This document shows positions 59,096 to 64,000 of a stretch of 64,000 nt of DNA, in pieces. Under the pieces are notes generated by a model. The model saw only the letters and a list, made by a program, of their open reading frames with translations, was not told the DNA's origin and made no database searches. The DNA comes from an uncultured Gemmatimonadales bacterium (lineage in GTDB: Bacteria > Gemmatimonadota > Gemmatimonadetes > Palauibacterales > Palauibacteraceae), in assembly GCA_963783385.1 (NCBI GenBank), contig CAWANJ010000001.1, positions 448,001-512,000 of the forward strand. The letters run 5' to 3'. How positions within the stretch are numbered: the stretch's first letter is position 1; the number at the start of each line of letters is the position of its first letter. The position numbers and the translations under genes were made by a program.

Positions 59096-61045
59096 TCAGC
59101 CGCTCTGGCCGGAGGCGGCCTCGGCCACGGTCACGCCGGGCCCTTCCCCGCCCTGGTCGCGCCGCTCGTCGGCCGCCCGGTAGGCGCGGTCGATGGCCCC
59201 GGCGTAGCGGTCGTCTATCACGCGCCGCTTCACCTTGAGGGTCGGCGTGAGCTCGCCGGTCTCGACGCCGAACACGTCCGGCACGAGGAGGATCCAGCCC
59301 GGCTTCTCATGGTGGTCGAAGTCTTCCGTGCGGCCGTGGACCTGCCTGTCGATGAGCTCCTGGACGGGTCGGGCGGCGATGAGCCCGGCCGGATCCGTCG
59401 CCTCCACGCCGCGTCTCCGCGCCCACTCCCCGACGTTCTCGAAGGCCGGCTGCACGACGACGATGGGGAAGTTGCGCTTGTCTCCGACCAGGACCGCGTG
59501 GGCCACGAAGCGGGAACGCTCGACCGCCCGCTCCACCGGCGCGGGGGCGACGTTCTTGCCGCCCGCGGTCACGAGGAGCTCCTTCTTGCGATCCGTGATG
59601 CTCAGGTAGCCGTCCTCGTCCAGGCTGCCAATGTCCCCCGTGCGCAGCCAGCCGTCGGCCGTGAACGCCTCGCGGGTCGCCTCTTCGTTCCGGAAGTAGC
59701 CCTTCATGACCTGCGGTCCGCGGCACAGGATCTCGCCATCCTCGGCGATCCGCAGGGCGGTCTCCGGGATGGGCGGACCCACCGTTCCGAGCTTGGTCGC
59801 CCCCGGAGGGTTGACGGTGAGGACCGGCGACGTCTCCGTGAGGCCGTAACCCTCGAGTATGGGCAGGCCGGCCGCCCACATGAACCGGGCTACGGTGGGG
59901 GACAGCGGGCCGCCGCCGCTCACGAAGTAGCGCAGCCTCCCTCCGGTGCGCTCGCGGAGCCTGGAGAACACGAGCCGGTCGGCGAGCCTGTAGCGGAGCC
60001 CCAGCCACACCCCGACGTCGGCGTGCGCCAGCACGCGATCGGCCCGTTCCTCGCCCACGCGACGGGCCCACCGGAAGATGGCGAGCTTGAGCCCGCCGCC
60101 CTCGTGCGCCGCCTTCTGCGCGCGCTCGTAGATCTTGTCGTACAGGTAGGGCACGCCCGTGGAGATGGTCGGGCGCACCTCGCCCAGGTCGCGCACGATC
60201 GTGTCGACGGACTCGGCGTACGACACCGACACGCCCCTGTGCCACATGACGTAATGGCCTGCCGTCCGCTCGAAGATGTGTGAGAGGGGCAGCCACGAGA
60301 GGTGACGATCCTCTTCCGACAGGGGCAGGACCTCGGCGCACAGCAGCGCGTTGCTGTACAGGTTGTGATGAGTGAGCATCACACCCTTGGGCGTCCCCGT
60401 GGTGCCCGAAGTGTAGATGAGGGTGGCGAGGTCGTCGGGGCCCGTCGCCCGCGCGTAGGCCTCGTAGGCGTCCAGGTCGGCCTCTCCGGCATCTCCCCGC
60501 GCCACGAGGTCGGAGAGCCCCTGCACCGGGAGTTCGGCCGCGGCGTCGACCGGCTCGAAGGAGAACACGCGCTCGAGACGGGGCAGCTCCGGGCGGGCCT
60601 CGACGAGCTTGTCGTACTGCGACTGGTCCTCGGCGAACACCGCCCGCACGCCGGCGTCGCCGAGCACGTAGGCCACCTGCTCGGACGGCAGGGACGGGTA
60701 CACCGGCACGCCGACCAGCCCGGACATGATGAGTCCGAAGTCGCACTCGGCCCATTCGGCGCGCGTCCGGGAGAGGATGCCCACCCGCGCGCCACGCTCC
60801 AGGCCGAGGGACCGGAGTCCGAGCGCCAGGGACCGCACGCGCTCCTCGACCCGGGCGTGCGTCCGCTCGTCCCATTCCCCGGCCCCGCGGCGGATGCGCA
60901 TCGCCACGGCATCCGGGTGCCGGTGCGCCCCGCCGAGGAACAGGTCCACGAGGGTGCCGGGCTCGAGACCGAACGAGGGTCCGGTCGACTCCTGCACGCG
61001 GCTGCGTCCTCCCCCGTCCGGTCCCGGCGTCCCGGCGCTGACCAT
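59096..61045 (-). CDS. Long-chain fatty acid--CoA ligase
   Basis: IYTSGTTGTPKGVMLTH, LPLSHIFE, EGYGLTET, GWLRTGD, TDRKKEL; AGGAG RBS. Confidence 0.94.
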   Translation of the reverse strand: MVSAGTPGPDGGGRSRVQESTGPSFGLEPGTLVDLFLGGAHRHPDAVAMRIRRGAGEWDERTHARVEERVRSLALGLRSLGLERGARVGILSRTRAEWAECDFGLIMSGLVGVPVYPSLPSEQVAYVLGDAGVRAVFAEDQSQYDKLVEARPELPRLERVFSFEPVDAAAELPVQGLSDLVARGDAGEADLDAYEAYARATGPDDLATLIYTSGTTGTPKGVMLTHHNLYSNALLCAEVLPLSEEDRHLSWLPLSHIFERTAGHYVMWHRGVSVSYAESVDTIVRDLGEVRPTISTGVPYLYDKIYERAQKAAHEGGGLKLAIFRWARRVGEERADRVLAHADVGVWLGLRYRLADRLVFSRLRERTGGRLRYFVSGGGPLSPTVARFMWAAGLPILEGYGLTETSPVLTVNPPGATKLGTVGPPIPETALRIAEDGEILCRGPQVMKGYFRNEEATREAFTADGWLRTGDIGSLDEDGYLSITDRKKELLVTAGGKNVAPAPVERAVERSRFVAHAVLVGDKRNFPIVVVQPAFENVGEWARRRGVEATDPAGLIAARPVQELIDRQVHGRTEDFDHHEKPGWILLVPDVFGVETGELTPTLKVKRRVIDDRYAGAIDRAYRAADERRDQGGEGPGVTVAEAASGQSG

Positions 61046-61059
61046 GGATGGTCTCCTAG

Positions 61060-61515
61060 CTAGTTTGAGCCGTCCGGCTCCGCGTCCGAGACCTCGGGCC
61101 CTTCCCCGCGGAGCCGGGCCAGGGTCTCGCGCGCGTGTCGGACGTGCCGCTCCGCGTCGGGCTCCGACGGCCGGGCCTGGAGGAAGGCCGCAAGATGGCG
61201 GGCGGCCTCCTCCTCCAGTCCACGGTTGAGAAGCAGGTAGCCCACCCCATAGTGGGCGGCGGGCCGGTCGGGAGCCTCGTCCAGGACGCGTGTGTACGTC
61301 CTGAGGGCCTCGTCGGTCATTCCGATGCGGGTGTAGACGACCGCCATCTGCTCGAGCGTGGACAGGTCCCGCGGACGCTGTCGCAGGGCGAGGCGGAACG
61401 AGGTGAGCGCCTCGTGGAATCGCTCCTTCCGGGCCAGCTCGACTCCCTCGGCGTAGTAGTCCGGCCGATCCCCGGACTCGTTGTCCCCGGAATTCCAGAA
61501 GCGCCACCAGCTCAT
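61060..61515 (-). CDS. TPR repeat protein
   Basis: Successive TPR-like helices (YAEG...EALTSF; AVVYTRIG...EAL; AHYGVG). Confidence 0.85.
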   Translation of the reverse strand: MSWWRFWNSGDNESGDRPDYYAEGVELARKERFHEALTSFRLALRQRPRDLSTLEQMAVVYTRIGMTDEALRTYTRVLDEAPDRPAAHYGVGYLLLNRGLEEEAARHLAAFLQARPSEPDAERHVRHARETLARLRGEGPEVSDAEPDGSN

Positions 61516-61546
61516 GGCGAACCCCTCCTCACCACCTCGGCCCGCC

Positions 61547-61816
61547 TCACTCGTCGACCAGGGGCGGGGGAGGCACCAGGGCGAGGTTGTACAGGAAGGC
61601 CAGCGCGCCGCCGATGAAGAAGCCGTACGCCCACGCCCACAGCGCGCCCACGAAGGCGCCGGGCAGTGTGGGGGCGTAGCCGAACAGGAGGCCGGACAGG
61701 GGTGCGAGGCGCGCCGGATCGCCGGGGCCGACCAGGAACAGTACGGTCACGGCGAACACGACCGCGCTCGAAACCGCCGCCGACGCTGTGGCCAACGCCC
61801 GGGTGTTGAGCCGCAT
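61547..61816 (-). CDS. Small membrane protein
   Basis: MRLNTRAL...LFGYAPTLPGAFVGALWAWAYGFFIG...LYN. Confidence 0.7.
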   Translation of the reverse strand: MRLNTRALATASAAVSSAVVFAVTVLFLVGPGDPARLAPLSGLLFGYAPTLPGAFVGALWAWAYGFFIGGALAFLYNLALVPPPPLVDE

Positions 61817-61930
61817 GTCCGTCTTCCCGAGGAGTGCGAGTCGCTCGCTGACCCGGCCGCCCGCGAGCCGGGCGCGTGGCAAACTAGCCGCGCCCATCAC
61901 GGGCGGCAACGCACCACGGGGCCCCTCCGC

Positions 61931-62611
61931 TCAGCGCCGGAGGGCCACGATCGCGGCTTCCTCGGCCGCCACCACCTCGAGCGGGAGATCGGCCGTTGCT
62001 TCGAGGGTCTCGGACGTGGGCCGAAGCACGATCACCCGCCCGCCCGGCCGCACCGTCCGGGTCGCCTCCGCGAGGGCCTCGGTGCCGCCGCCCCGAAGGG
62101 CGGCACCCCGCAACCGCAGGTCGCGCAGGGGGAGGCACGCCTCCGACACGCCGACCGCCGAGCTCACGCGGGGCGCGGAGACGACGGCCTCCCGGGCGTC
62201 GACCAGCGCGAGCAGCTCGACGCCCGGAGCCAGCTCTGCCGTACCCGCGGCCGCGCCGGACAGGCCCTGACCCAGGAGCACGAAGCCGCCCCTCTCCCGG
62301 AGGTCGAGCAGCGCCGCCAGGCGCAGGGCATCGTCCGAACCCGCCCCGCCCCCGCCCCCGGCCCCTACGGCCGCTCGGTCGGCCGCGGCGGAGCGGGTGG
62401 CCGAGGTCTCGGCCGCGGCTTCCCCTTCCGGAACGGACTCCGTCCCGAAGTCGATCACGCCCCCACGGATCGGGAACCGCGACTCGCACGTGGGGCAGGA
62501 CAGGAACCCCTCCAGGACGCGGCGGCGCTCGATGCGGTCGACGGACACGACCACCCCGTGCCGCGGTCCGCAGGAGGGGCAGGCGAGCAGCTCGGAAAGC
62601 TCCAGGTGCAT
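61931..62611 (-). CDS. Trm112-like Zn-finger + methyltransferase-like protein
   Basis: LLACPSC...GFLSCPTCESRFPIRGGVIDF; C-terminal LPLRD...EATRTVRPGGRVIV. Confidence 0.7.
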   Translation of the reverse strand: MHLELSELLACPSCGPRHGVVVSVDRIERRRVLEGFLSCPTCESRFPIRGGVIDFGTESVPEGEAAAETSATRSAAADRAAVGAGGGGGAGSDDALRLAALLDLRERGGFVLLGQGLSGAAAGTAELAPGVELLALVDAREAVVSAPRVSSAVGVSEACLPLRDLRLRGAALRGGGTEALAEATRTVRPGGRVIVLRPTSETLEATADLPLEVVAAEEAAIVALRR

Positions 62612-62651
62612 CAGCCGATCCGACGCGCCGCTCGGGGCTCCGGGGTCCGGG

Positions 62652-63248
62652 TCAGGAGATGAACTGCGGCGAGAGAACGAGCCGGAGGAACTCCTCCCTC
62701 GTTCTCGGATCCGAGCGGAAGTTGCCCCGCACCGCGCTCGTGATCGTCTTGCTGTTCTGCTTCTCCACGCCGCGCATCATCATGCACAGGTGGTACGCCT
62801 CGACGATGACCCCGACGCCGCGCGGGGCGAGGGCCTCCTCCACGGCTCCGGCGATCTGCTCGGTGAGGCGCTCCTGGACCTGGAGCCGCCGGGCGAACAC
62901 CTCGACCAGGCGGGGGATCTTGCTCAGCCCGACGATGCGACCATCCGGAATGTAGGCCACGTGCGCCTTCCCGAAGAAGGGCAACATGTGATGCTCGCAC
63001 AGCGAGTAGAGCTCGATGTCCTTGACCAGGACCATGCTGTCGTGCTCGTCCTGGAAGATGGCGCCGTTCACCGCGTCCGTGACGCTCATCTCGTAGCCAC
63101 GCGTCAACCAGCGCAGCGAGCGCGCCACCCGCTCGGGGGTCTTCTCGAGGCCGTCGCGCTCCGGATCCTCGCCCAGCTCGCGGAGCTGGTCCCGGATCAG
63201 CGCCTCCAGCGGATCGGCGCCCCCCGCCCTCTCATCTCGTTCACTCAC
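62652..63248 (-). CDS. folE: GTP cyclohydrolase I
   Basis: [46 protein letters not shown]. Confidence 0.97.
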   Translation of the reverse strand: MSERDERAGGADPLEALIRDQLRELGEDPERDGLEKTPERVARSLRWLTRGYEMSVTDAVNGAIFQDEHDSMVLVKDIELYSLCEHHMLPFFGKAHVAYIPDGRIVGLSKIPRLVEVFARRLQVQERLTEQIAGAVEEALAPRGVGVIVEAYHLCMMMRGVEKQNSKTITSAVRGNFRSDPRTREEFLRLVLSPQFIS

Positions 63249-63654
63249 CTCGATACTCCACGTAGTTGCGCTGCGTCTCGAACAGCCGGACCGACACCAG
63301 CCGCCCACCGTCCAGCTGGCCGTCGAGCCTGCGCCAGATCTGTACCGCGAGGTTCTCCGCCGTGGGATTCACGCCGCTCATCCAGGGCACGTCCACGTTG
63401 AGGTTGGCGTGGTCCACGTCCTCGATGACCATCTCCCGAACCAGGTCCCGCAGCCTCTTCAGGTCGATGACGAAGCCGGTCTCGGAATCCACCTCGCCCT
63501 CCACCGTGACCTCGAGGTCGTAGTTGTGGCCGTGCCCGGTCGGGTTGCTGCACGCCCCGAACACCTCGCGGTTGCGGGCCTCGTCGTAGGACGGATTGTG
63601 GAGGCGGTGACCGGCCGAGAAGTGCAGCCGGCGGGTGACGCGAACTCTGGGCAT
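63241..63654 (-). CDS. 6-pyruvoyl-tetrahydropterin synthase family (PTPS-II motif)
   Basis: [35 protein letters not shown]; GAGGAG RBS. Confidence 0.92.
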   Translation of the reverse strand: MPRVRVTRRLHFSAGHRLHNPSYDEARNREVFGACSNPTGHGHNYDLEVTVEGEVDSETGFVIDLKRLRDLVREMVIEDVDHANLNVDVPWMSGVNPTAENLAVQIWRRLDGQLDGGRLVSVRLFETQRNYVEYRGE

Positions 63655-63756
63655 GGTATCGAGCTCCTCGGTGGGCCGAACCGACCGCCGGCGAGGCCGC
63701 GTCGGACCCCGTGCGGGCGCTGGAACGCCGTGCGGAAGATCGAGGTCCCGCGTGCA

Positions 63757-63790
63757 AATGAAGAGAGGGTGGCGCGAACGCCACCCTCCC
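63757..63790 (-). terminator. Rho-independent terminator
   Basis: Minus strand GGGAGGGTGGCG-TTCG-CGCCACCCTCTC followed by TTCATTT. Confidence 0.75.
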
Positions 63791-63941
63791 GGTCGCATGC
63801 GAGGGGATTTTTCGAGACCCGTCTCTCAGTTTGTGTCTCCTCCTCCCGGCTTGCCGCCTTCCCTCGAAGGGCGTGACGTCCGCCGCGAGATCGGAGAGAT
63901 CGATCTCAAGTGTTGGCTCAAAATACTACCTCACACCAACC
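63791..63941 (-). ncRNA. ssrS: Candidate 6S RNA
   Basis: Lies between a promoter and a terminator; 5' GGUUGGUGUGAGG...UUUUGAGCC pairs with 3' GGGUCUCGAAAA...CCUCGCAUGCGACC; A/C-rich central bubble; apical stem; resembles E. coli 6S UGAGCCGAUAUU/GGGUUCAA. Confidence 0.62.
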
Positions 63942-63947
63942 ACGTGG

Positions 63948-63976
63948 ACGCTAGCATCGCGGCGTGGCCGAGTCAA
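63948..63976 (-). promoter_or_regulatory. Sigma-70 promoter of the candidate 6S RNA
   Basis: TTGACT-N17-TAGCGT with extended TG; predicted TSS ~63941. Confidence 0.7.
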
Positions 63977-64000
63977 CGGCGTCCTAGAGCATGAGCCAGC

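Noticed and set aside
63791-63830. preQ1 riboswitch upstream of the queD-like gene (stem plus A-run)
   Set aside because: The GAGAC/GTCTC stem has no adequate loop and lacks preQ1 consensus; the segment pairs better as the 3' arm of the 6S-like rod

Overview
High-GC bacterial chromosome segment. Gene content and order suggest Gemmatimonadota (inference only). Positions 1-29.3 kb are an almost continuous minus-strand housekeeping run with many overlapping stop/start codons: M16 peptidase pair, Nudix, ECF sigma/anti-sigma, holA, SPOR, mutS, TonB, CBS, ddl, rhomboid, EF-G paralog, yebC, ruvCAB, queA, tgt, yajC, def, fmt, thiE/S/G, rsmB, PASTA, CdaR, tsaD, lgt. RNase P RNA (rnpB) lies at ~29.5-29.9 kb. 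An accessory stretch at 30-45 kb encodes an Ig-domain/HEXXH lipoprotein, an OM beta-barrel, PAS-GGDEF-degenerate EAL, mscL, a VPS10/BNR protein, an FAH hydrolase and a cysteine desulfurase-like enzyme. It ends in a 2.5-kb integrase-less mini-island inserted at tRNA-Arg(TCG), bounded by a 41-bp att duplication and carrying one cytochrome c-PQQ dehydrogenase. Positions 45-64 kb are mostly minus-strand metabolic genes. The most notable non-annotated signals are: a candidate ~150-nt 6S RNA with its own promoter and terminator upstream of PTPS-II/folE; a possible sigma54 -> ECF -> anti-sigma circuit with a GGAAC-N17-GTAT promoter motif; an 18-bp copy of the rnpB 5' segment inside the hairpin just downstream of rnpB; and a short LeuA-family enzyme clustered with NAD-IDH (possible Re-citrate synthase). 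Three genes carry single-base frameshifts, probably sequencing errors. No CRISPR array, rRNA or transposase was seen. All calls come from reading motifs by eye; no searches were run.
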